This document shows positions 20,260 through 29,974 of a stretch of 64,000 bases of DNA, piece by piece. Within the stretch, counting starts at the first letter, position 1, and every line of letters begins with the position of its first letter. The position numbers were made by a program, and so were the translations under genes. The notes under the pieces were generated by a model. That model was not told the DNA's origin and searched no databases. It was given only the letters and a program-made list of their open reading frames with translations. Source of the DNA: an uncultured bacterium (lineage in GTDB: Bacteria; Zixibacteria; MSB-5A5; JAABVY01; JAHJOQ01); the NCBI GenBank assembly GCA_965369655.1, contig CBDUQR010000005.1:1-64000 (forward strand). The letters run 5' to 3'.

Positions 20260-21095
20260 ATATTCTCCATCTTGGCTTGCAGACGTTCACACAGCTTCGC
20301 GTAACTATCGCAGAACTCATCCTTCTCCACATCATGAAGCAGACCGGTAACAAACTTACCGACACGCTTCTCTTCGGGAACCTTGTCCCACGCCTGCACA
20401 GGCAGTGTGTGTTTCTTCAAATAGTTGAGCATGTCAACAGGGTCGCCCTCTTTGTTCATTCTGCCGAAGTACGTGTGGCAGTTCGATAACACTTCAACTA
20501 ATGAAAACCCTCGCTTGTTGAGTGCGCCGGCGAGCATCTTGTCAAGTTGATCGACATGATAGACCGTCGAGCGAGCGACATATGACGCACCGGCGGCTAT
20601 GGCGAGTGTGCAGGGATCGAACGGCTGCTCGATGTTGCCGTACGGCGCGGTCGATCCGATTTTCTCAGTAGGCGTCGTGGGCGAGAACTGGCCGCCTGTC
20701 ATGCCATAAATCCAGTTGTTCGCCAGGATCACGGTGATGTCGATATTCCTGCGGCAGGCATGAATGAAGTGATTGCCGCCGATGGCAAGACAATCACCGT
20801 CGCCTGTGACCACTATCACCTTGAGCCTCGGCTTAGCTGTCTTTACGCCGGTTGCAAATGCGATCGCACGACCGTGGGTCGTGTGAAGCGTATTGAAATC
20901 GACATACACCGGCAACCGCGATGAGCATCCGATACCCGAGCAAATAGCAACATCGTCCCTCGGTATCCCGAGTCCGTGGATTGAACGAATCATCGATCCG
21001 AGGATCACTCCAAGCCCGCATCCTGAGCACCACACGTGCGGGAATTTCTTCTTGGGGCGGAGGTACTGGTGGATTACATCAGACTTGAGTTCCAT
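20256..21095 (-). CDS. korB: 2-oxoacid:ferredoxin oxidoreductase beta subunit
   Basis: WCSGCG, SGIGCS, HTTHGRA, GDGD TPP motif, YGMTGGQFSPT. Confidence 0.94.
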   Translation of the reverse strand: MELKSDVIHQYLRPKKKFPHVWCSGCGLGVILGSMIRSIHGLGIPRDDVAICSGIGCSSRLPVYVDFNTLHTTHGRAIAFATGVKTAKPRLKVIVVTGDGDCLAIGGNHFIHACRRNIDITVILANNWIYGMTGGQFSPTTPTEKIGSTAPYGNIEQPFDPCTLAIAAGASYVARSTVYHVDQLDKMLAGALNKRGFSLVEVLSNCHTYFGRMNKEGDPVDMLNYLKKHTLPVQAWDKVPEEKRVGKFVTGLLHDVEKDEFCDSYAKLCERLQAKMENM

Positions 21096-22236
21096 GGTGT
21101 TTTACCTCCTTAATTTTGTTAAGAATCTGTGCCGGGGTGATCAGTTCGCCGTCGTATCGCTGCAGAGGAATGATCTCGGTGTGACGCCTGTCGACATGAT
21201 GCTTGATCATATTGATAAGCTGCCCCTGGTTCAGTTCAGCGACGATGAGTTTGCGTACAGGTCTTAGCAATTTGCGTAACCTGTTGACGGCCAGCGGCCA
21301 TATCGCCTTTGGCTTGATTGCGCCGACTTTCAGTCTCTGATCGCGCGCCATCATCACCGCCTGCTTCGCGGCTCGCGCAACGATGCCGTATGATACGATT
21401 GCGACTTTAGGATCATCATCCATCTCGGTAAGCTCAAAATCGCAGATGCTCTCGGCATTCTTCACGATCTTATCGCGTAGCTTGTCGAGCATCGCCGTGA
21501 TCTCAGCCGACACAGCAGTCGGGAAACCGGTCTGATCGTGTGTCAGACCCGTTATGTTATACCTGTAACCATCTCCAAAGCTCGCCATGGGGGAGACGCC
21601 TGTCGGACTGATCTCGAAGTGCTTGTACCAGTCAGGAGGCACCGTCGGTTTCCTCCGGCGAATCACCCTGACGTCCTCCAGAGCCGGAATCACGACTTTT
21701 TCACGCATATGCGCGATCACCTCGTCAAGCAGCAATACGACAGGCGTCCTGTACATTTCAGAGAGATTGACAGCCTCAATCGTCATATGCAGGATTTCCT
21801 CCACACCGGACGGCGCGAGAGCAATCGCCCTGTAGTCGCCGTGAGGTCCGAATCCAGCCTGCATTGTATCGGCCTGAGATACTTTTGTCGGCAGCCCGGT
21901 GGACGGGCCTCCGCGCTGTACATTGACGATGACGCACGGCGTCTCGGTCATGTATGCGTATCCGATATTCTCCTGCATGAGAGAAAAACCGGGGCCGGAG
22001 GTCGCTGTCATCGACTTGACTCCTGCACAGGAAGCGCCGATGATCGACGCTATCGAACCGATCTCATCCTCCATCTGGATGAATTGTCCACCCAGAAGCG
22101 GCAACCTGAGCGCCATGCCTTCGGCAATTTCAGTCGAGGGGGTGATCGGGTACCCACCGAAGAAGCGGACTCCAGCCATTACCGCGCCTTCGACGCACGC
22201 TTCGTTACCCTGAAGCAGTTTGACTTGTTTTTCCAT
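21079..22236 (-). CDS. korA: 2-oxoacid:ferredoxin oxidoreductase alpha subunit
   Basis: GYPITPSTE, QMEDE, ATSGPGFSLMQE, QRGGPSTGLPT. Confidence 0.94.
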   Translation of the reverse strand: MEKQVKLLQGNEACVEGAVMAGVRFFGGYPITPSTEIAEGMALRLPLLGGQFIQMEDEIGSIASIIGASCAGVKSMTATSGPGFSLMQENIGYAYMTETPCVIVNVQRGGPSTGLPTKVSQADTMQAGFGPHGDYRAIALAPSGVEEILHMTIEAVNLSEMYRTPVVLLLDEVIAHMREKVVIPALEDVRVIRRRKPTVPPDWYKHFEISPTGVSPMASFGDGYRYNITGLTHDQTGFPTAVSAEITAMLDKLRDKIVKNAESICDFELTEMDDDPKVAIVSYGIVARAAKQAVMMARDQRLKVGAIKPKAIWPLAVNRLRKLLRPVRKLIVAELNQGQLINMIKHHVDRRHTEIIPLQRYDGELITPAQILNKIKEVKHHGTQV

Positions 22237-22246
22237 GTCCGCTCCT

Positions 22247-22522
22247 CTACTTCTCGTTTGACACTATTGCCAGATCAGGGCAGTGCAGCCAGCAGAACGC
22301 ACATTGTGTACATTTGTATGGATGCGCTATTATCGGCTTGCCGTCCCGATCAGGTTCGAACACTTTTTGTGGGCAAAACGCTATGCAGATATTGCACGCT
22401 TTGCACCAGTGGTAGAAGATCTTGAGAGGTTCGGCTGAGCCCTTTTGCTCTTTCTTCTCGGGGGCCTTAGCCTTCTTCTCCTCCGGGGGCTTGTCTTCTA
22501 CCTTTTTCGGTTTATCTGTCAT
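22247..22522 (-). CDS. korD: 2x[4Fe-4S] ferredoxin, delta subunit
   Basis: CKACNICIAFCP and CTQCAFCWLHCP. Confidence 0.9.
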   Translation of the reverse strand: MTDKPKKVEDKPPEEKKAKAPEKKEQKGSAEPLKIFYHWCKACNICIAFCPQKVFEPDRDGKPIIAHPYKCTQCAFCWLHCPDLAIVSNEK

Positions 22523-22541
22523 AAGTCACTCTCCCCGCGGC

Positions 22542-23624
22542 CTATTTACGCCTGCCAGAACTCTTCCGGGTACGCGCTTTCGTCTTTTTTGTCGTTTTCC
22601 TCACTGTTTTCTTAGCTGTTTTCTTCACCACCTTGCGAGCTGTTTTCTTCGGAGTCTTCTTCGCTGTCTTCCTCTTGGTAGTCTTAGCTGCTTTCTTTGT
22701 TGTCGTCTTCTTGGTGGGTTTCTTAGCTGCGGCCTTTTTCCTCTTTGTCTTCAGCTTTTCCAGAAGTTCCTTCATAATCTCCGCTACCAGCGCGGGAGTT
22801 TCTGCAACAGGAATACCGACTGCATTGAGCGCCCTGACCTTCTCGGCAGCCGTGCCTGACCCGCCGGAGATTATCGCGCCTGCATGCCCCATGCGCTTCC
22901 CGGGAGGAGCGGTACGACCTGCTATAAACGCTACGACCGGCTTGGTGACATTCTTCTTGATGTACATGGCAGCCTCTTCCTCGTCGGAGCCGCCGATCTC
23001 ACCGATCATCACAATCGCTTCGGTAGACTTGTCGGCTTGAAACGCTTCAAGACAATCAATAAAATTCGTCCCGATGATCTGATCGCCGCCAATACCGATA
23101 CATGTCGTCTGGCCCAGACCAGCGAGAGTCAGGTTATAGACAACCTCGTATGTCAGCGTGCCGGACCGAGAAACCAGACCGACCTTTCCGGCCTTGTGGA
23201 TATTCCCGGGCATGATACCGACTTTGGTCTTGCCGGGAGAGATGATCCCGGGGCAATTGGGGCCGATCAGCCTGCAACCCATAGTCTTGAGATAGTTATA
23301 GACTTTCAGCATGTCGTTCGCCGGGATGCCTTCGGTGATGCAGACGATCAGCTTCACGCCCGCATCTGCGGCCTCGTAAATCGCGTCAATTGCGAAAGCC
23401 ACCGGAACATAGATGACCGATGTATTTGCGCGGGTCGCGGCGACCGCATCGCTGACCGTATTGAAGATCGGGATGCCATCGAGATCCTGGCCGCCCTTGC
23501 CCGGAGTCACACCGGCGACGACTCTTGAGCCGTACGCCTTCATCTGTCTTGCGTGGAAACTACCGTCGCGACCGGTAATCCCCTGCACGACTATCTTCGT
23601 CCTGCCATCTGCGAATATACTCAT
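22542..23624 (-). CDS. sucD: Succinyl-CoA synthetase alpha subunit with a Lys-rich histone H1-like C-terminal tail
   Basis: [36 protein letters not shown], plus about 65 aa of K/T/A/R-rich extension. Confidence 0.96.
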   Translation of the reverse strand: MSIFADGRTKIVVQGITGRDGSFHARQMKAYGSRVVAGVTPGKGGQDLDGIPIFNTVSDAVAATRANTSVIYVPVAFAIDAIYEAADAGVKLIVCITEGIPANDMLKVYNYLKTMGCRLIGPNCPGIISPGKTKVGIMPGNIHKAGKVGLVSRSGTLTYEVVYNLTLAGLGQTTCIGIGGDQIIGTNFIDCLEAFQADKSTEAIVMIGEIGGSDEEEAAMYIKKNVTKPVVAFIAGRTAPPGKRMGHAGAIISGGSGTAAEKVRALNAVGIPVAETPALVAEIMKELLEKLKTKRKKAAAKKPTKKTTTKKAAKTTKRKTAKKTPKKTARKVVKKTAKKTVRKTTKKTKARTRKSSGRRK

Positions 23625-23666
23625 GTTATCCCTCGTGTTCCTTCGTTTTCATTGCAGCGTGAACCA

Positions 23667-24803
23667 TCAGTTAATGCCGGCAACCTCGATAGCCTTCTTG
23701 ACGACGCCATCCATCGTTGTCGCCGCTGGAAGGTTCACCGATTCGAGAATCTTGCGGGCTTCATCTTCGTTGGTTCCCGTCAGCCTGATGACGATCGGAA
23801 CCGATGGCTTCAGTCTGTTGATCGCCTCGACTATGCCCGTTGCGACATCGTCACAGCGCGTTATGCCGCCGAATATGTTGAAGAGAATAGCCTTCACGTT
23901 TTGATCGCGAAGGATTATCTGCATCGCGCTGACAACCTTTTCGGGATTCGATGATCCGCCGATGTCGAGGAAGTTGGCTGGCTGACCGCCATAGTACTTT
24001 ACGAGGTCCATAGTCGCCATTGCGAGTCCCGCGCCGTTGACGATACAGCCGATATTTCCGTCGAGCTTCACGAACGACAGACCGGCATCGCGGGCATCCA
24101 TCTCGGACTTCTCCTCGGCGTCCATGTCGCGGAGTTCCTCGATCTCCTTGTGACGATACAGTCCATTGTCATCTATATTGATCTTGGCGTCAATAGCCCA
24201 GACCTGTCCCTCAGGCGTAGTAATCAGTGGATTGATCTCTGCGAGCGAACAGTCGTTAGACATGAAAGCATCATAAAGCTGCATGATGATCTTCGCCGCC
24301 CGGTTCACCAGCTTTGGATCGTCATACAGTTTGTAAGCAAGCCCGCGCGCTTCGTACATCGATATCCCGAGGAGCGGATCAATATGACGCTTGAAAATTT
24401 TCTCCGGAGTCTCGGCTGCCACCTGCTCGATGTCGATACCGCCCGCGGGTGAAACCATGAGGACTGGCTTCTTGGCGGCGCGATCGATAATGATCCCGAC
24501 GTACGACTCTGATGTGATATTCACAGCCTCAGTTATCAGCACCTTCCTGACCGTGAGGCCCTTGATGTCCATGCCGAGGATGCTGGCCGCATTCTGATAC
24601 GCGGCATCGGCGTTCTCGGAGTACTTGATCCCTCCCGCCTTTCCTCGTCCGCCGACGTGAACCTGGCATTTTACCATCACCGGCTTGCCGATCCGCTCAG
24701 CTACGGACCTCGCTGTGTCGGCATCCGTGACGACCTCGCCGGGCGGAACCTGAATTCCATGGTGCGCAAAGATCTCTTTCGCCTGATATTCGTGGATTTT
24801 CAT
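23667..24803 (-). CDS. sucC: Succinyl-CoA synthetase beta subunit
   Basis: MKIHEYQAK, GGRGKAGG, EINPL, NGAGLAMATMD, NIFGGITRCD. Confidence 0.97.
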   Translation of the reverse strand: MKIHEYQAKEIFAHHGIQVPPGEVVTDADTARSVAERIGKPVMVKCQVHVGGRGKAGGIKYSENADAAYQNAASILGMDIKGLTVRKVLITEAVNITSESYVGIIIDRAAKKPVLMVSPAGGIDIEQVAAETPEKIFKRHIDPLLGISMYEARGLAYKLYDDPKLVNRAAKIIMQLYDAFMSNDCSLAEINPLITTPEGQVWAIDAKINIDDNGLYRHKEIEELRDMDAEEKSEMDARDAGLSFVKLDGNIGCIVNGAGLAMATMDLVKYYGGQPANFLDIGGSSNPEKVVSAMQIILRDQNVKAILFNIFGGITRCDDVATGIVEAINRLKPSVPIVIRLTGTNEDEARKILESVNLPAATTMDGVVKKAIEVAGIN

Positions 24804-26179
24804 TGAGTCTCCTCAGATTGCAAATAGCCTTTGGCTGCCTCTATTAGAATGTCTTTCTTGTTTTTCTCCGGATCGTCCAGAACCATTTCAAGCAGGTGGT
24901 CTAGTATATCTCCGATAAGCGGAGATTGTGGAATGTCGAATTCCTGCATGATGACCGCGCCGTCGATATCGAGATCACCAATCGAAAACGGAGGTTTCTT
25001 CTCCAGTTCTTCCCTGATGCGACTTTCCAGTTCGTCGACATCCTCGGTCGTATTTCCCATCCCCTGCCCGACAACATCGGCGCGCCTCAGATCGAGCAGG
25101 TCGAATATCAGATCGATACCTGTCTTGCGAATCAGGCGTCGCAGGCCTTTGTCGGTCAGAGGCGTCGTGAACATATGCCTTTCGACAAGCGTACCGACTT
25201 CATCGATGAAATCGTTGGAATACCTAAGCCTGCGAAGGATCTTCTTCGAGAGCCTCGCGCTGCTCGATTCATGACCATAAAACGTCGCACCGCCTTCTTC
25301 CAGTATGCGCTTCGTGGCAGGCTTCGTGATGTCGTGAAGGAGCGCAGCCCATCTGAGGCGAAGGCTCGGCGAAATGGCGTCGACCGTGCGCAGCAAATGC
25401 TCGAATACGTCATACGCATGATAGCCGCCCGGCTGATCGACCCCGACCGTATTCTCAAGCTCAGGCATTACAAACTCCAACAGACCGATTTCGCGCATCA
25501 GGCGGAAGCCTCGCGACGGTTTCGGCGCTCTTGTCAGGAGCTTGTTCAATTCCTCGTTGATGCGCTCAGCAGTCACGGTCTTAATCAAGGGGGCGGACTC
25601 TTTCATGGCGCGAAGCGTCTCCCGCTCTATCTTAAGTTCGAATCTCGCCGCGAACTGGACGCCTCGCAGCACGCGCAAAGGATCCTCCTCGAAATTCTTC
25701 GGGCTGACCATGCGAAGTTTTCTGCTCTCCACATCCGTCCTGCCCGATAGCGGATCGACGAGCTCACCCGTCTCCAGATCACGAGCTATGGCATTCATGG
25801 TAAAATCGCGGCGTCGCAGGTCCTCTTCGACTGGCATCGAATGATCGAAGTCGACCTGAAAATCAGTATGTAACGTGCCTGTCGAGAATTCCTTGCGAGG
25901 GAGGGCGATGTCGACGGTAGCCGACGGTACGCTGCCGTTGCTGTGAACCGTGAACTTGATTACACCGAACGACCTGCCGACCAGGTCTACTCTGCCATAC
26001 AGCTTCAATATCCGTATAAGCTCATCGATCGGTATGCCCGTCACAAGATAGTCTCGATCCTTTTCCTCGACAATGCGTCCAAAGAGAGAATCGCGGACAC
26101 ACCCGCCGACTTCATAGAGTTTGCCGAGCGCCGTAATTCTGCCGACTATGTCGTCTTTAAGTCCCGTCATCCGAATCAT
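24800..26179 (-). CDS. cca: CCA tRNA nucleotidyltransferase / poly(A) polymerase with HD domain
   Basis: VGGCVRD, DxD, DLRRRDFTMNA, EDPLRVLR, LLHDITK. Confidence 0.9.
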   Translation of the reverse strand: MIRMTGLKDDIVGRITALGKLYEVGGCVRDSLFGRIVEEKDRDYLVTGIPIDELIRILKLYGRVDLVGRSFGVIKFTVHSNGSVPSATVDIALPRKEFSTGTLHTDFQVDFDHSMPVEEDLRRRDFTMNAIARDLETGELVDPLSGRTDVESRKLRMVSPKNFEEDPLRVLRGVQFAARFELKIERETLRAMKESAPLIKTVTAERINEELNKLLTRAPKPSRGFRLMREIGLLEFVMPELENTVGVDQPGGYHAYDVFEHLLRTVDAISPSLRLRWAALLHDITKPATKRILEEGGATFYGHESSSARLSKKILRRLRYSNDFIDEVGTLVERHMFTTPLTDKGLRRLIRKTGIDLIFDLLDLRRADVVGQGMGNTTEDVDELESRIREELEKKPPFSIGDLDIDGAVIMQEFDIPQSPLIGDILDHLLEMVLDDPEKNKKDILIEAAKGYLQSEETQ

Positions 26180-27126
26180 CTCGTCATTCTTGTTCCAGCA
26201 TCGCCAATCACAGCCTGGTGGGCTTTTTCGATTGATGATATAATTACTTCCCTGCCACCATTCTCGATAAATGCTATTGCGGCTTCGATCTTCGGTCCCA
26301 TGCTTCCGGGCGGGAAGTGTCCTTCAGCCGCGTATGCTTTCATCTCATCGAGGGTCACGGTGTCGAGAAAGGTCTGATTCAACTCTCCGAAGTTGAGCGC
26401 AACCTTGTCGACATCTGTCAGGATCAGCAGCAGGTCCGTGCCTGTCTCGGTTGCGAGCAATGCTGAAGCACGATCTTTGTCTATGACTGCATCGACCCCC
26501 TCGTAGTCGCCGTTGTCATCGATGTAGACCGGCACGCCGCCGCCGCCTGACGCTATCACGATCGTGCCCATGTCGACCAGCGCCTTTATCGCAGATGCGT
26601 TGATCGTCTTGAGCGGTATGGGAGACGGCACCACACGCCGCCAGCCGCGATCGCCGTCCTTCTTCACACTCCATCCGCGTTCCTTTGCGAACTGTTTCGT
26701 TTCTTCACGCGTGTAGAACTGCCCGATGAACTTGGTCGGGTTGGCAATCGACGGGTCATCTTTATCGACGATGACCTGACTGATGACAGTCACAACGTCC
26801 GTATCGATTTTCTCGCTGCGGAGTCTGTTCTGCAGAGATTGCTCAATCATGTATCCCATTCCGCCCTCTGTGTCGGCGACACAGATTCCGAGCGGCAGAA
26901 GCGGAGCCTTGTCTCGCGACAGCTCAATCCTGAACAGGGCATTCCCGACCTGCGGTCCATTGCCGTGCGTTATCATCAGCCTGTAACCATCTTTGACAAG
27001 AGGCACGATACACGCCAGTGACTGGCGCGTATGTTTGAACTGGTTCGCAATAGTGTCAGGGACACCTTTCTTCGTTATCGCGTTGCCGCCGAGGGCGACA
27101 ACCGCTGTCCGCGAGGAACGAGTCAT
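26176..27126 (-). CDS. arcC: Carbamate kinase
   Basis: VALGGNA, THGNGPQVG, PTKFIG, RRVVPSP, AVIDKD, GSMGPKI. Confidence 0.96.
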   Translation of the reverse strand: MTRSSRTAVVALGGNAITKKGVPDTIANQFKHTRQSLACIVPLVKDGYRLMITHGNGPQVGNALFRIELSRDKAPLLPLGICVADTEGGMGYMIEQSLQNRLRSEKIDTDVVTVISQVIVDKDDPSIANPTKFIGQFYTREETKQFAKERGWSVKKDGDRGWRRVVPSPIPLKTINASAIKALVDMGTIVIASGGGGVPVYIDDNGDYEGVDAVIDKDRASALLATETGTDLLLILTDVDKVALNFGELNQTFLDTVTLDEMKAYAAEGHFPPGSMGPKIEAAIAFIENGGREVIISSIEKAHQAVIGDAGTRMTR

Positions 27127-28457
27127 TTTTTCTCGTCAATCGTCTCCACGAATGCTGCCAGGATTTCGATCAGCGTGGGCGAGCCAATCTCCTGGAGATC
27201 GTATGTAACCCGCGTTGCCGGCTTCTTGATTTTCATCATCCTTCGCAGATCGATAGGCGTGCCGATCACGACACCATCACAATCGGTGGCGTTGATCGTC
27301 GCTTCGAGATCGCTTATCTGCTCATCGCCGTAGCCCATCGCAGGCAGGATCGCTCCGATACCCGGGTACTTTTCAAACGTGTCAACCAGGGACCCTTTCA
27401 GATATGGCCGCGGATCGACAATTTCTTCTGCGCCGAACTTCTGAGCCGCGACGACACCTGCGCCAAATTGCATCTCGCCATGAGTCAGCGTAGGACCATC
27501 CTCGACCACCAGCACGCGCTTGCCTCTGATGACTCCCGGATCCTCAACGACGATCGGAGATGCGCCGTCGACGACAATCGCTTCCGGATTGAACATCGCT
27601 ATATTCTCACGCACGATGTCGACATCCTCCGGATCAGCCGTGTCGATCTTGTTTATGACCAGCACATCGGCGGTGACGAAGTTCGTCTGTCCCGGATAGT
27701 AGGACATCTCGTGACCCGCGCGGTGCGGATCGACGACTGTGATCTGCATATCGGGTACATAGAAACTCGTGTCATTGTTGCCGCCATCCCAGATAATGAC
27801 GTCGGCTTCTTTCTCAGCCTCTTTCAGGATCATCTCGTAGTCGACACCCGCATAGACAATTGTGCCGCGATCAATGTGCGGCTCGTACTCTTCGCGTTCC
27901 TCGATTGTGCATTCATGCTTGTCGAGATCGGCCAGGCTGGCGAATCGCTGACACGCCTGCTTGGCGAGGTTGCCGTAGGGCATCGGATGACGAATCGCCA
28001 CGACCTGCATGCCGAACTCTTTGAGTATCTCGCATACGCGACGCGTCGTCTGTGATTTACCGCAGCCGGTTCTGACTGCAGTCACCGCGATCAGAGGCTT
28101 CTTTGACCGAATCATTGTCTGCTCGGCGCCGAGCATAACGAAATTCGCACCGGCGGCATTGACCCAGGCCGCCTTGTCCATTACATAAGCGAACGGGATA
28201 TCTGAGTACGAGAATATGACATCCTGGATTTCATGCTTGTATATCAATTTGATGAGATCACTTTCCGCTTTGATCGGAATGCCCTTCGGATAGTGCTTGC
28301 CCGCCAGTTTCGCGGGGTATTTCCTTCCATCGATATCCGGAATCTGAGTCGCAGTGAATGCGACAACTTCGTATGACTTCTTGTCGCGATAGCAGACGTT
28401 GAAGTTGTGAAAGTCTCGCCCTGCCGCACCCATTATTAAGATTCTGCGTCTTGCCAT
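27123..28457 (-). CDS. cDPG-synthetase-like P-loop protein, probable arginine synthetase (ArcE-type)
   Basis: MGAAGRDFHNFN, AFTATQIP, AVRTGCGKSQT P-loop, RHPMPYG, TIEEREEYE, WDGGNND, EDGPTLTHG. Overlaps arcC. Confidence 0.8.
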   Translation of the reverse strand: MARRRILIMGAAGRDFHNFNVCYRDKKSYEVVAFTATQIPDIDGRKYPAKLAGKHYPKGIPIKAESDLIKLIYKHEIQDVIFSYSDIPFAYVMDKAAWVNAAGANFVMLGAEQTMIRSKKPLIAVTAVRTGCGKSQTTRRVCEILKEFGMQVVAIRHPMPYGNLAKQACQRFASLADLDKHECTIEEREEYEPHIDRGTIVYAGVDYEMILKEAEKEADVIIWDGGNNDTSFYVPDMQITVVDPHRAGHEMSYYPGQTNFVTADVLVINKIDTADPEDVDIVRENIAMFNPEAIVVDGASPIVVEDPGVIRGKRVLVVEDGPTLTHGEMQFGAGVVAAQKFGAEEIVDPRPYLKGSLVDTFEKYPGIGAILPAMGYGDEQISDLEATINATDCDGVVIGTPIDLRRMMKIKKPATRVTYDLQEIGSPTLIEILAAFVETIDEKK

Positions 28458-28661
28458 GTCGTCTCCTTATCTACAATTACACATTTCTAATCATACGCCT
28501 GAGCACTGTCACCGATTAGACCGATGACATCAACCAGATGTGCTCAATCAGGTAGTAATCAGAATTAATGACTTCGCTCTTTCTCATAACACGATAGTGG
28601 AAAACTTTGATCGCTGACTTGAGCCTGCGATTGAATCAACATACAATTCGTCCCAACCCAA

Positions 28662-28679
28662 TTGTGAATAATTTCACAC
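28662..28679. promoter_or_regulatory. Rex-type (also CRP/FNR-type) operator palindrome
   Basis: TTGTGAA-TAAT-TTCACAC versus the Rex consensus TTGTGAA-N4-TTCACAA. It also fits TGTGA-N6-TCACA. Confidence 0.7.
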
Positions 28680-28703
28680 GCTGAGATTGGTCATAAGTTG
28701 TCA

Positions 28704-28732
28704 AATATATGTGTAAGGAATCCGCCTGTCAA
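28704..28732 (-). promoter_or_regulatory. Sigma70 promoter of the arc-suc-kor-mdh-icd operon
   Basis: Minus-strand TTGACA-N17-TATATT. Confidence 0.75.
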
Positions 28733-28816
28733 CTGGTTTAACCAGCATATTTGCCTCAATCGGATGTTCGGTGTAAGGCGTACGCATCTGTCGCAGGGCG
28801 GTACGAAGTCAGGAAG

Positions 28817-28844
28817 AAAAAGAGCCCGCATGATTCATGCGGGC
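28817..28844 (-). terminator. Terminator after mscS
   Basis: GCCCGCATGAA-TCATGCGGGC-TCTTTTT on the minus strand. Confidence 0.75.
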
Positions 28845-28874
28845 ATGATGTCGATGTACTACTGATGAAAGATA

Positions 28875-29696
28875 CTACGCGGCGTTTTCTTTGTACAGAT
28901 GTACATCTTGCTGCGGGTATGGGATCGATATTCCTTTTTCGTCGAATGTGAGCTTGACCTTCTCGGTAGTGTCGAAAAAGACTCCCCAGTAGTCGTCTCT
29001 CTTGACCCACGGCCGCACGATGAAATTGACGGAACTGTCGGCAAGCTCGGAAAGCGCGATTGTCGGCACAGGGTCTTTGAGGACGCGATCATCATCAGCG
29101 AGAATTTGCTCGAAAATCTCTTTCGCCTTCCTGATGTCGTCATCATAACCGATTCCGAAGACCATGTCGACCCGTCGCGTGTCTTTGGCCGAGGAATTGA
29201 CGATCGTGTCTCCGGTGATCTTGCTGTTTGGGATGATGACTTCCTTGTTGTCCCATGTTCTAATGATTGTATTGAAGATGCGAATCTCTTCGACCGCGCC
29301 GGCCGATCCGCCCGCCTCGACGGAATCACCGACCTTGAACGGTCGGAAGATAATCAGCATCACGCCTGCGGCGAAATTCGACAGCGATCCCTGAAGAGCA
29401 AAACCGATAGCCAGACCGGCAGCACCGATTATCGCTACGAAAGCTGTCGTCTGTACGCCGAGAGTGCCAAGCGCGGCGATGATGACGAACACCAGAAGGG
29501 TAATTCGAACAAGGCTGCCGACAAACTTAGTCAGGGTCTCGTCGGTATTGCCCTTCCGCATCAGGCGCATGACCATCTTCGAGAGCATGCCCGCGACAAT
29601 GCGACCGATGATGATTATGGCGAGTGCGCCGACGATCTTGACAGCGTAAAGCGCGGCCCAGTCGCCGAGAATACTCAGGATTTTTTCCATTTCCAT
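28875..29696 (-). CDS. mscS: Small-conductance mechanosensitive channel
   Basis: GAAGLAIGFALQGSLSNFAAG, FRPFKVGD, IPNSK, ISIPYPQ. Confidence 0.95.
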   Translation of the reverse strand: MEMEKILSILGDWAALYAVKIVGALAIIIIGRIVAGMLSKMVMRLMRKGNTDETLTKFVGSLVRITLLVFVIIAALGTLGVQTTAFVAIIGAAGLAIGFALQGSLSNFAAGVMLIIFRPFKVGDSVEAGGSAGAVEEIRIFNTIIRTWDNKEVIIPNSKITGDTIVNSSAKDTRRVDMVFGIGYDDDIRKAKEIFEQILADDDRVLKDPVPTIALSELADSSVNFIVRPWVKRDDYWGVFFDTTEKVKLTFDEKGISIPYPQQDVHLYKENAA

Positions 29697-29974
29697 CTGT
29701 CAACTCCTCCTCATGTATCCGTATGGTCTTAGCTTCAAAGTTCTCAGTATTGATTCACAGATTCAATTAACAGAGTCATATCCAAAAGGCAGTGATTGAA
29801 TTCATATCCTAAGCAATCAGTTCAGGGTACGCAAACAGTTTCTCTCCGAGTTCCCCGAAGATGGAATGATTGTTGACATAGTGACCGGCCAAGTATAATT
29901 GCATATAATAGTAGTGCTCTCTTTGCGAATGGAGGAGGCATATCACTGAGAAAACAGCAAGAAACATGGAGGTC

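Noticed and set aside
28662..28679. ArgR ARG box
   Set aside because: The half-site spacing is 2 nt shorter than TGAAT-N4-ATTCA and there is no tandem box. Rex/CRP fits better.
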